Positions 12,781-23,970 of a stretch of 64,000 bases of DNA are shown here, piece by piece. Made by a program: the position numbers and the translations under genes. Position 1 is the first letter of the stretch. Each line of letters opens with the position of its first letter. Origin of the DNA: Octopus sinensis (Eukaryota); NCBI RefSeq assembly GCF_006345805.1, contig NW_021836168.1, positions 1 to 64,000 of the forward strand. Reading direction: 5' to 3'. The notes below the pieces were generated by a model. It was not told the DNA's origin, made no database searches, and was given only the letters and a program-made list of their open reading frames with translations.

Positions 12781-14037
12781 TATTGGGTTGGCAACTAAGT
12801 TCCCGCCGTTTTTTAAATTAAATTTTTTAAAGGTTTAATAAAAAAAATTACAACTAATTAATCAATAATGTATTCACCCTTGTTGTTTACAACTTCTACC
12901 CAACGTTCAACAAGATTTTCAATACCTCGTTGGTAGAAATCACCCAATTTCGACTCGAAAACTTGAACCAACCAAGCTCTCAATTCTGCGTCAGTGTTGA
13001 ACGAAACTCCGCGCATAGCATTTGAAAGAGATCGGAAGAGGTGCTTATCCATTGGTGCTAAACCAGGAGAGTACGGCAGGTGTGGCAGCATGTGTTTGAA
13101 TGGCTTCCTTGGTCATATTGGCAATATGAGGGTGGGCGTTGTAGTGCAGCAGCAGAACTCCATGCTGACGATTAGGTCTTTTCTCTTGAGTAATTGTGTT
13201 GAGTGATTCCATCTGTTGAACATAGAGTTACGCGTTGAACGTTTGGTTCCGTTCAAGCAATTCGTAATGGATAATCCCATCCCAGTCCCATCATACGAAG
13301 AACATCGTTTTACGCGGATGAAGATCTTGTTTTACACGCAGTGTCCCTTATTTACCGAGGCTAAGCCATTCCTTACGCTGCTTCATATTGATGTTCAGGC
13401 ACCATTTTTCGTCGCCAGTAACGATTCGGTAAGGAAATCGTTGCTTGTGTCCATGAGTTGAGCGGCGACGAGCCAGCAAACCAGCGGAGATTGTGGCTCG
13501 TTGATTTTTGTTTTTGTCACTTAAAGCATGTGGAACCCATGCTCCATACTTCTCAACGTTTCCCATCGGGTGAAGATGCTTCTCTATAGCAGTGTAGAAG
13601 CATTCCATTTTCTCTGCCAGTTCCCTCGTCGTTTGACGAGAATTTTCGAACTCAACTGGACGGCCGGAACGAAGTGCGATTCTGAGGTCAAAATTTCCAT
13701 TTTTGAACTTGGCATACCAATCACGAGCGGTTCTTGCAACTATGGCACTCTCTCCATACACAGCACAAATGTCGCGTGCAGCTTTTGCGGCCCTAGGACC
13801 TTGATTAAAGCGAAGAGGAGGTGTCGAAAATGCTCGTTTTTCTTAACTTGGCTTTCCATTTTAATGATCTGAAAATAAACAAAAATTAACTGAAATTAAC
13901 TAGAAAAAAAAACGAACGAAATAGATTCCAAAATGATTCAAAAATAGCATTCTCGAAAAATATATATTCCCAAATTCAAAAACGCAATAAATTCCAAAAT
14001 TTAAAAAAACCGTGGGAACTTAGATGCCAACCCAATA
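12781..14037 (-). mobile_element. Near full-length mariner element
   Basis: TA-flanked TIRs TATTGGGTTGGCAACTAAGTTCCC / GGGAACTTAGATGCCAACCCAATA. Confidence 0.97.
12858..13859 (-). pseudogene. Mariner transposase, frameshifted
   Basis: MESQVKKNEHFRHLL..., WVPHALS, IVTGDEKWCL, HLPYSPGLAPMDKHLFRSL, ...GEYIID*. Confidence 0.93.
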
Positions 14038-14042
14038 TATAT

Positions 14043-14261
14043 CAGGGACGTGAAGCCTAGGTAGGCAAGGTAGGCAGTGCCTACATTGAATAAGATAGAT
14101 CGATAGCAAATTATTTTCTTTTTATGGCAAAATATGTACCTAATTCAATAAAATTATAAATGTTACTCTGATTACAATACATAAAATGCAAAATATATTA
14201 TTTTTTTTTTTTAGATTAGGTAGGCATATTTCCCCCTGCTTTTCAGTCTCCTACAACACTG
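14043..14261. mobile_element. Possible hAT-type MITE
   Basis: Ends CAGGGACGTG.. / ..CCTACAACACTG resemble hAT MITE termini; no clear 8-bp TSD. Confidence 0.3.
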
Positions 14262-14404
14262 CTTTCTGTACGTGCTATAAAGGCAGAAGTAAATCCGCCT
14301 TCAACTCAGTCGCGCGTCTCTAATTCGCTTATTCTTTTAGTGTTTTACTAAAAAGTCACCAACTGTCTACCCTGAGTAATTACTGATTGCACGTTGTCTG
14401 ATAA

Positions 14405-14436
<32 letters not shown>

Positions 14437-14437
14437 T

Positions 14438-14846
14438 GGCGTTGTGGTAAGTAGCTTGCTAACCAACCACATGGTTCTGGGTTCAGTCCCACTGCGTGGC
14501 ATCTGGGGCAAGTGTCTTCTGCTATAGCCCCGGGCCGACCAATGCCTTGTGGGTGGATTGGTAGACGGAAACTGAAAGAAGCCTGTCGTATATATGTATA
14601 TATGTATATATGTGTGGTGTATGTGGTTGTGTTTGTGTGTGTGTGTTTGTCCCCCTAGCATTGCTTGACAACCGATGCTGGTGTGTTACGTCCCCGTCAC
14701 TTAGCGGTTCGGCACAAAAGAGACCGATAGAATAAGTACTGGGCTTACACAAGAATAAGTCCCGGGTCGATTTGCTCGACTAAAGCGGGTGCTCCAGCAT
14801 GGCCGCAGTCAAATGACTGAAACAAGTAAAAGAGTAAAAGAGTAAT
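14438..14846 (+). mobile_element. SINE group A
   Basis: Highly similar to 372-792; (AAAAGAGT)n tail. Confidence 0.92.
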
Positions 14847-15130
14847 ATATATATATATGGGGGTGGGTTGTGTGTGTCCGTGCCGGTATCCAGCCTCTGC
14901 GAGCATGGAAATTTTTTATATCACTCACACTTGCGCGCGCACACAGACACAGACACACATACACGCACCACACATTATATAGACAGACAGACAGACAGAT
15001 AGACAAGCAGGCAGCCTGTGAGACAGACAAACAGACAGACACCTATGAACACAGCAGAAGCATTGAAGAAGTAGAGGAAGAACAAAACAAGTAATATCAG
15101 TTCACACATACTTGCGCACACACTTACGCG

Positions 15131-15168
<38 letters not shown>

Positions 15169-15719
15169 AACAAACAAATTGCTCCAAATGTCAATTAAGT
15201 AAACTGTGGCATATCTAACCCACCAGGTTGGGAATTTAGACAGAGGAAGACGCCATGCCATGCCTCTGTTAACTAAATACATATTTCTAAAACTTTGTAG
15301 AATACTCAAATGTATCGCTGTCGTTAAATTTCCGTTTTTATAGTGTAGATGAGGTTACCACCACGACTATCACAAATATATCCTAGACCTATGAGAATTT
15401 CCCAGGCCCTTCTATATTCGTAGGATTATAGCCTCGTCGAGATTGCTAGCTTCATCTTCACAGAAGACACTCCCACCCGTGTAACTATATTTTACTCAAG
15501 GCTGTGGCCATGACCTACTCTCCGCAGGCTCGTGGGATTATACTTTACTCAAGGCTATGTCCACGAACTTGTGAGGATGTAATTAAGGTTAATGGAAGTT
15601 GTACGATTAAAGCTTAAGTGTCCTTCATAAAGATACAGTACATGGTCGTCATATATGATGGAAAGACCCTTAGGGAGAGCTAAAAAGGTTTTTAACTCAG
15701 TTTGCTGCATTTACTGTTT

Positions 15720-16430
15720 TACTTGACAGATGTTTTGATGGGAATGTTCCACAAGTATTCCTTTATGTATGTATATATGTACGTATGTATGTATGTATGT
15801 ACGTATGTATGTATGTATGTACGTATGTATGTATGTATGTATGTATGTATGTATGTATGTATGTATGTATGTATGTATGTCACTATTCAGCTTTATTTCA
15901 AGATTTCTTGCCAAAAGCGAAAGAACCGGTTTCTAACCTAGATCCAAGGCTCCTTCATTGGAATTTCAACATCAACAACAGGGTATTTATGTATGTATGT
16001 ATGTATGTATGTATGTATGTATGTATGTATGTATACATGCAGAGATATATGTTTTATTTTATGTTTGTATTTTCATGCATATAATTCCATATCTAGACAT
16101 GCTCATATATACTTAAATGATAAACTTCTGGAAAATTTTACAGATTTTTACAGTTCTAGTGATGGATTGGAACTGTAATCACGAATTTGCTTTCTCCTTT
16201 CTGATTTTGAGAAACCTAATTTCTCATGATTGGTTTTGAGACAGTGTTTTACATATCCCAGTGCCCTAATAATTACAAGTATAAACGTGAACTTGTAATG
16301 TGTTTAGAATAACTGCAGATTTCTCAATAGTCCAGCGTAGGTATTCTCTTTTTCACTGACCTTCTGCTTCATGTTAACACCTATTGTGAAGCTGATTTCC
16401 CAAATGTACACAGTTTCTGTTATCTATCCC
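15720..16430 (-). mobile_element. R4/Dong-type RLE LINE fragments interleaved with (TATG)n
   Basis: 16110-16430: YNKPD..EKENTYAGLLRNLQ..IIRALGYV..TRTVKICKIFQKFII*; 15720-15762: KEYLWNIPIKTSVK. Confidence 0.8.
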
Positions 16431-16448
16431 AAAATCATAATCAGGTTT

Positions 16449-16479
<31 letters not shown>

Positions 16480-16528
16480 TATGTATATAGTATTAATATA
16501 TATATATTATATATATATATATATATAG

Positions 16529-16603
<75 letters not shown>

Positions 16604-16861
16604 CAATTAAGGACAACTACTTAATAAGGAAAACTTAACAAGAAATTGTCAGGTAGATAGCGTGAAAACCTCATAAGAGAAAAAAATTTCGAAAATAATT
16701 ATTCTATTGAACATATTAATTTATATATAGAGGGCATTATACATACATGCCACCAGGATTATACATACATGCCACACGCTAAGAGGGACAATTAGTCATT
16801 CTACCAAAATATTACTAATCCCACGAATGCAATTTTTCAAAGTAAGACATTTAAAAAAATA

Positions 16862-16906
16862 GACCTGTATCACAGTGATTCATACTTACGTATTCATCAG
16901 CAGGCC
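16862..16906 (-). ncRNA. Mirror hammerhead ribozyme copy (GAA instead of GAAA)
   Basis: Reverse complement GGCCTG-CTGATGA-ATAC GTAA GTAT-GAA-TCACTGTGAT-A-CAGGTC; 6-bp stem I, one core A missing. Confidence 0.6.
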
Positions 16907-16952
16907 TGAATGTATTATAAATAAACAACGTTGTTTATTTATAATACATTCA

Positions 16953-16997
16953 GGCCTGCTGATGAATACGTAAGTATGAAATCACTGTGATACAGTC
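16953..16997 (+). ncRNA. Minimal type I hammerhead ribozyme
   Basis: CTG-CTGATGA-ATAC(GTAA)GTAT-GAAA-TCA(CTG)TGAT-A-CAG: full catalytic core, stem II with GNRA loop, palindromic stem III, AUA site, stem I CTG/CAG. Confidence 0.8.
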
Positions 16998-17307
16998 TAT
17001 TTTTTTTAAATGTCTTACTTTGAAAAATTGCATTCGGTGGGATTAGTAATATTTTTTAGGTAGAAATGACTAATGTCCCTCTTAGCGTGGTGGCATGTAT
17101 GTTAAATGCCTTCTGGCATGTATGTAAATCCCTCTATATATAAAAATATATATATATATATATATATTATATCTTATATATTATATATATATATATATAT
17201 ATATGTATCTATCTATATATATATATTATATATATTAATATATATATTATATATATATATATATATATATTTTTATATATATCTTTATGTATGTATGCAT
17301 GTATGTG

Positions 17308-17613
17308 GTTGCGCAATGGCCCAGTGGTTAGGGCAGCGGACTCGCGGTCATAAGATCGCGGCTTCGATTCCCAGACCGGGCGTTGTGAGTGTTTATTGAG
17401 CGAAAAAACACCTAAAGCTCCACGAGGCTCCGCAGGGGATGGTGGTGATCCCTCCTGTACTCTTTCACCACAACCTTCTCTCACTCTTACTTCTGTTTCT
17501 GGGTACATGTATTGAAGAGCGGCCTTGTCACTCTCTGTGTCACGCGAATGTCCCCGAGAACTACGTTAAGGGTACACGTGTCTGTGGAGTGCTCAGCCAC
17601 TTACACGTTAATT
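17308..17613 (+). mobile_element. SINE group C, 3'-truncated
   Basis: GCGCAATGGCCCAGTGGTTAGGGCAGCGGACTCGCGG head. Confidence 0.9.
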
Positions 17614-17699
17614 AATATTTTTAATTATTATAAATCTTCCACTGAGGAGGGAGCCTGTTTCCAACAAAGATACAATGATCCATCTTTGAGATGTGGTTA

Positions 17700-18660
17700 A
17701 TACAGTGAAGTTCACACTTGGAACTTGAGAAAAGTCTTGCATATTTTTACTGTTCCACTCACAGATTGGATTTGTAACGTACGAATCAACGGGTTAATTT
17801 CTCTTTTTGAAAATTCCAATTTATCCAGATTCTCCTTTGAGCATTTACTAACAAAACCTAGTGCTCCAATTATTATTGGTATGAATATGATTTCATAGTC
17901 TGGATATAGAAAGCATGAGGTTGTCCATGGATATCCGTTTTTCTTTGATTTTCAAAGAGATATTTATATCTACAGGGCCACTAACCCCTCTGTCCCAAAT
18001 AATAATATCCGGCCTGTTACGCTTACATTTAACAGAAGTTTGATGGGAATATTCCACCAGCATTCCTTGAGTTGGTGTTTATGAACGTATTCCATAAGAG
18101 AGGGTTTTTTTAAAGTTTATTTCAAGATAGTCTTTTTTGTGGTTGGCATTGTAAATTATTTTAGCAACAAAATCGTACCGCGAAGGGAGGTAGTACCTAT
18201 TTCTTTACTACCCACAAGGGGCTAAACACAGAGGGGACAAACAAGGACAGACACACGGATTAAGTTGATTACATCGACCCCAGTGCGTAACTGGTGCTTA
18301 TTTAATCGACCCCGAAAGGATGAAAGGCAAAGTCGACCTCGGCGGAATTTGAACTCAGAACGTAACGGCAGACGAAATACGTAGTACTGTGACATCTTAG
18401 GATAACTGCTAATCACATGCGTAATGTCTTCCACAGAAACATGACATAGCCAGCCTACACATGCGGTTGCACCTTGTGATTACAAGAGCGTCACTGTCCC
18501 TCTTGTTCACCTGGCAGTTTGTGGAAATCTCCTGTTCTTGGATTGCAAACGTATAGCCTTCGAAGTGTGATGTGATGTAGTGGTCTTGTGTCCAAGAGAG
18601 GCTGCGCTTCGTGTCAATTCTACTGTTTTCTTCAAGCTTCCAGGAAACATACCCATGCAT
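17700..18660 (-). mobile_element. R4/Dong-type LINE C-terminal region (CCHC knuckle plus RLE), interrupted by a SINE B unit
   Basis: SHFEGYTFAIQEQEIST, CRL..EDITHVISS, YYLP.RYD, WNIPIK, KRNRPDIIIWD, IFIPIIIGALG, SGTVKICKTFLKFQV*. Confidence 0.88.
18196..18380 (-). mobile_element. Headless unit-length SINE B insertion with GTAGTA target-site duplication
   Basis: GTAGTA at 18190-18195 and 18381-18386; removing the insert restores the host frame SQYYLP. Confidence 0.88.
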
Positions 18661-18868
18661 GTTTTTTTCTTATTTGTAAATGGTGAGTGATTTCCATCCA
18701 GGTCTTCTCTGGGGTAAGAGAGCCCAGCTGTTTTGGGGCTGTATGAGAGATGTATGTATGTATGTGTGTGTGTGTGTTTGTGTGTGTGTAAGTAAGTATG
18801 TATAGGAGATGTATGTGTGTATGTATGTATAGAGGATGCATGTATGTATGCATGCACATATGTATAAG

Positions 18869-19317
18869 AACTCAGAATGTAAAGACAGACGAATGCCTAT
18901 TTCTTTACTACCCACACGGGGCTAAACACAGAGGGGACAAACAAGGACAGACAAACGGATTAAGTCGATTACATCGGCCCCAGTGCGTAACTGGTACTTA
19001 TTTAATCGACCCCGAAAGGATGAAAGGCAAAGTCGACCTCGACAGAATTTGAATTCAGAACGTAACGGCAGACGAAATACCTATTTCTTTACTACCCACA
19101 AGGGGTTGTTTAAACACGAGGGGGACAAACAAGGACAGACACACGGATTAAGTCGATTACATCAACCACAGTGCGTAAACTGGTACTTATTTAATCGACC
19201 CCGAAAGGATGAAAGGCAAAGTCGACCTCGGCGGAATGAACTCAGAACGTAACGGCAGGACGAAATACGGCTACGCATTTCGCCCGGCGTGCTAACGTTT
19301 CTGCCAGCTCGCCGCCT
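18869..19317 (-). mobile_element. SINE B: one head plus two tandem body units and start of a third
   Basis: Junctions read AAAGAAATAGG|TATTTCGTC in element orientation. Confidence 0.9.
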
Positions 19318-19377
<60 letters not shown>

Positions 19378-20000
19378 CGTGCCCTGATGCAGTACCAGGC
19401 AGTGGCTCTCATGGCTTCTGATCTTAACTGATTAGAAGTGTTATCAGTGCCCTGAGCAGTACCAGGCAGTGGCTCTCATGGCTTCTGATTAACTGATTAG
19501 AAGTGTTATCATGTACATTGTTTTGTCTTGGTATAAAAGATGGGCTACAGCAAATATTCTGCTCAATACCAACAGATGTGCTTGTCAGTTGTTTGACCTT
19601 AACCAGTTGAGCATGTCCTTAGTGGCTGACGATATGTGCATCTCTGATCACGAGCAGAAGTAGTGGGGAGCATCATAGCCATGTGTTGAGAAGGATTCTT
19701 TGGGGTTTGAATGATTCTCCTCTGGAAACATGGGGTGTTTCGTTCAACGTCCTTAACAACCTTATTCAGGGACCTTTTGATCGGGATGGGTTACTCGATC
19801 TGAAGAAAATTCTAACTGGGCTCCACCTGCAAGGTCATGTGCTGTTTATCTTGATATGAGATCACCATGTCGTGCACATATGGTTGTGATGCATGTGCCT
19901 GGTGTACCCTTATCAGACGGGTAGTCATGATGTATACTGGGGCTTGTATATTTTACCCCAGTGTCAATTTGATGGCATGCTCTGCTCACTCACTCAATAA
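19378..20000. mobile_element. Unclassified interspersed-repeat-like segment flanked by (AAT)n, with a ~65 bp tandem duplication at its left end
   Basis: GTGCCCTGA(T)GCAGTACCAGGCAGTGGCTCTCATGGC occurs twice; the TE call is inferred from context only. Confidence 0.4.
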
Positions 20001-20091
20001 TAATAAGTTGTCTCTTCAAAAATGTAAACACATACAACACTCGCAAATTCACACAGACATCCACACTCACACACACACAAACACACACACA

Positions 20092-20163
<72 letters not shown>

Positions 20164-20413
20164 TACTCATTCAAACAGACAATTACACACTCATCAATAG
20201 TATAAACTTTTACCGACGGACACTTTTATTTACCTCGACCTCTGTGTCTCTGTTTTCTGCCTGCCTTTTTACATTTGTGATATTTGTGTTTGCATAAGTG
20301 TGTATGTGTGTATGCATATATGCATATATACATACGTGCAGGCATACATACATATACGCAATATACATACATGCATACACACATACATATATACTAAATA
20401 GATAGATAGATAA

Positions 20414-20490
<77 letters not shown>

Positions 20491-20881
20491 ATAGATAGAT
20501 AGATAGATAGATATAGATAGATAGATAGATAGATATGGATTCCAAGAAATGTGATGTGAGCATTAATATTACAATACACAGATAATATAGATACAGTCAA
20601 CCTAAAATAAGACGTAGTTAATAATACCCTTCATTACAGGAAGATTAAATCCAACATACACATATACACACGCAAACACACACAGGTCTGTCTATTTGTC
20701 TATCTGATTCTCTCTCCCTCTCTCTGTGTATATATATATATTTATGTATATACATAAATATATACATTATATAGATTTATATATATATAGATAGATATAT
20801 TGTATATTTATATACATACATATACGTATATAGATACATAAATATATATATGTATATGCACATATATATATATATATATTA

Positions 20882-20913
<32 letters not shown>

Positions 20914-21500
20914 TATATACATATTGTATGTGTGTATACATGTGTATACATTTATACGAATATGCACATACATATGCACATACATATGCTTTTTCACTGA
21001 TATGTGAAATCTGGGACAACGTAACATTTACCCCCAACCGCCGGCATATTTGTATTTGAACAGATTCACGAATGCTTATTGTGTTTACATTGACATTTGC
21101 GCCGAATGATTGAATTTAAAGTCTGGTTTTGATCTAAATGGAGTCAATCAAGTACAATCAACACTATTTATCAGACGCCAACAGAACTACAAAGAAAGAG
21201 ATCTTTGACGCAAATAAGCCTGCTGCGAATCTGTATCGCTTCAAAGATATCAACAAATGCAAGGTTTTATATCAATAATCCAAGTGTAACTTTGGTAGGT
21301 TAACGTTCTTGTGTATATTCAGGTATTAATGTTTGAGTTAGCGTATTAATTAGCTAAACCTACAAAATATATTTACTTAGCACGTGGTCTGCCTGGCAAC
21401 TGGCAATGTTGTATGGGAAAGGTGTTCCCTTCGAAATTACGTGATCTCGTGTTCAATCCCATTGTGAAGCAAGTAAACAGACATGCTTATGCGATGAAAA

Positions 21501-21730
21501 GGCGAGCTAGCAGAATCGTTAGCACGTCGGACGAAATGCTTAGCGGTATTTCGGCTGCCGTTACGTTGTGAGTTCAAATTCCACCGAGGTCGACTTTGCC
21601 TTTCTTCCTTTCGGGGTCGATAAATTAAGTACCAGTTAAGCACTGGGGTTGATATAATCGACTTAATACCTATGTCTGTCCATGTTTGTCTCCTCTATGT
21701 TTAGCCCCTTTTGGGTAATAAAGAAATAGG
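21501..21730 (+). mobile_element. Full-length SINE B with 14-bp TSD
   Basis: TTATGCGATGAAAA at 21487-21500 and 21731-21744. Confidence 0.93.
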
Positions 21731-22242
21731 TTATGCGATGAAAAAGTTCTCTCGTGACTACGCGGACTCTAGTTCAAGCCCACCACGAAGCATCTTCGCC
21801 TACTGTCTTATACATTAGTGCGGTGTCGACCAAATCTTGTAAGTGAAATTTGGTAGAGAGAAGATCTATGATGGCAGGTCGGAGGAACTGTTTATGCTTT
21901 TGTGTCGTACACATAATACTTTGCTAGCTTAAGCAGCATTATCTGGTTTTGGAGTAACTGTAACACGATTCACATTGTTATACGCATTTAGGCTAAGTTT
22001 CCAGGGTCTGTTTCTGTTTGGGAGGGGAATTAATTTCCTTCCATCAGACTCGAGAATGACATGAGGAAAGTTCATGAGTGTTCTTCGGTCACGTGATACT
22101 AAATTATTATTGAACGAAGTCTGCAAAAGCAAGACGTTTTTAATATTGTTTATTTATGAGAAAAGAAACTGTACAAATTCTGACAAAAATGTGCGTACGA
22201 CTTGGTTTTCATCATCAACTGTTACTAATATAGTGTTACTCT

Positions 22243-22645
22243 AAGGCGACGAGCTGGCAGAATCATTAGCACACCTGAAAAACGCTTAACGGTATTTGAT
22301 CCAACGTTCTAAGTTCAAATTCCGCCGAGGTTGACTTTGCCTTTCATGCTATCGGGGTCGATTAAATAAGTACCAGTTACGCACTGGGGTCGTAATAATC
22401 GACTTAATCCGTTTGTCTGTCCTTGTGTTTGTCTGTCCCCTCTGTGTTTAGCCCTTTGTGGGTAGTAAAGAAATTGGTATTTGATCCATCTTTAAGTTTT
22501 GAGTTCAAATTCTTTCGAGGTCGAATTTTCCTTTCAACTTTTCGGGGTCGATAAAATAAGTACCAGTTGAACGCTGGGATCGATGTAATCGACTTAGACT
22601 CTTACTTGAAAGTACTGGTCTCGTGCCAAAATTTTAAACCAATTT
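22243..22645 (+). mobile_element. SINE B head plus two body units with different tails
   Basis: First unit ends AAAGAAATTGG, second ends GTGCCAAAATTTTAAACCAAT. Confidence 0.8.
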
Positions 22646-23234
22646 AGCAACAGAGCAGGCGGCGAGTTGCAGAATCGTTAGTACTCCGGGTATGAAAGTT
22701 CTTTTTAAAAATTAGGTGTTCAAGTGATTAGGGTGCAGAACTTATGATCTTGCGTTCGTGGTTTCAGTTCTCGGGCTGAGTGGTATGATGTGTTCTTGAA
22801 GAACAGAGTTCATTTCAAGTTGCTTTGTGATCACTTCGACATCTAACGTATGGCACACCGAGCACCTGTGCAGGGCAACGTCGATTTCCCTAATATTTAT
22901 CTTTTCTTCCTAGAGGAAAAATGGGTCTGCATAAGGCCAACACCCCTATATAAAAAAATAAGCAAAGTTACAGAACATCGATGACAGCTCAAAAATTGAA
23001 AATCAACAAAACTTATGAGAGGCTGACCTACCTTCAGGGAAATATATAAGGTAGGTTACTTGGACAAACGTGAAAAGGTAGGGATCCAAATGAAGAGGAG
23101 CATAAGACAGCCTAGCGTCGAGTACATGGTGGAAAATATAGTGGTGGCCTATAGTACATGGAGAAAAAGCGCTTAAATAAATGAAGTGTAAGAATATGGA
23201 AGTTTCAACAAAACTCGCAAAGTATGAATTAATA

Positions 23235-23447
23235 ACGATTCCAAATTTTGGTTTGAGGCCAATAATTCCGAGGGTGGGTAAGTCGATTACATGAACCCCA
23301 GTCTTCAACAGATACTTATTTTATCGATCCCGAAATGGATGAAAGACAAAGTCAACTGCGGCGGAATTTGAACTCAGAACGTAAAAATAGGCGAAATGGC
23401 GCTAAGCATTTTGCCAGGCGTGCGAACGGTTCTACCAACTCGCCGCC
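23235..23447 (-). mobile_element. SINE B, alternative tail
   Basis: B head and central domain, diverged. Confidence 0.8.
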
Positions 23448-23904
23448 GTAAAATATAAATTATCAAATAAAACGACTGGTTGTTCGGTTCAGCCCTTTAG
23501 AAAATTTGTTTTGTGATCCCCTACAGCTTGCAACACTAAAAGTGCCGTTGAATTATCTCACAAAGATTCAGGTTATTTTGTTTGTCGAAGACATGTCGAT
23601 TTATCGCCATTCTGCAATCAGTTGCCAATGACCTAAAATTGCAACTGTGAAGTTTTAGCTATGTGAATTAAAGTAATAGAGAATAAGGCTTCCTCTATGA
23701 CCTCGACTTGCCAAGAGTTTAGCACTAAACAACGCTATACGTACACACACACACGCCTAGAGACACACATGCACGCATACTTACAAACGCACACGTTCGC
23801 ACTTATACACTAAACTTGTATACCTGTATATACATATACATGCTCATATATATATATGTATTAAGTATGTATATATACATGTATATGTGTGTGTATATAT
23901 ATAT

Positions 23905-23970
23905 ATCTAAAAGAAGAAAACAGTTGGCAGTAGGAAGACAAGATGGCGGAAACCAATTGCGATTTAAATG
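23905..23970 (+). repeat. 66-bp inverted copy of 24674-24740
   Basis: ATCTAAAAGAAGAAAACAGTTGGCAGTAGGAAGACAAGATGGCGGAAACCAATTGCGATTTAAATG; nearly identical to the reverse complement of 24674-24740. Confidence 0.95.

Larger units (their letters stand above)
16721..17143. repeat. Zero-spacer palindrome (about 210 bp arms) embedded in (TA)n; probable head-to-head PLE termini
   Basis: Centre ...TAAACAAC|GTTGTTTA... at 16929/16930; perfect next to the centre, small indels distally. Confidence 0.95.

Noticed and set aside
18983-19252. Recurrent MRNWYL.NRPRKDERQSRPRRN ORFs (also at 2069, 21437, 25008, 60763, 63366)
   Set aside because: Antisense translation of SINE B, not a gene family
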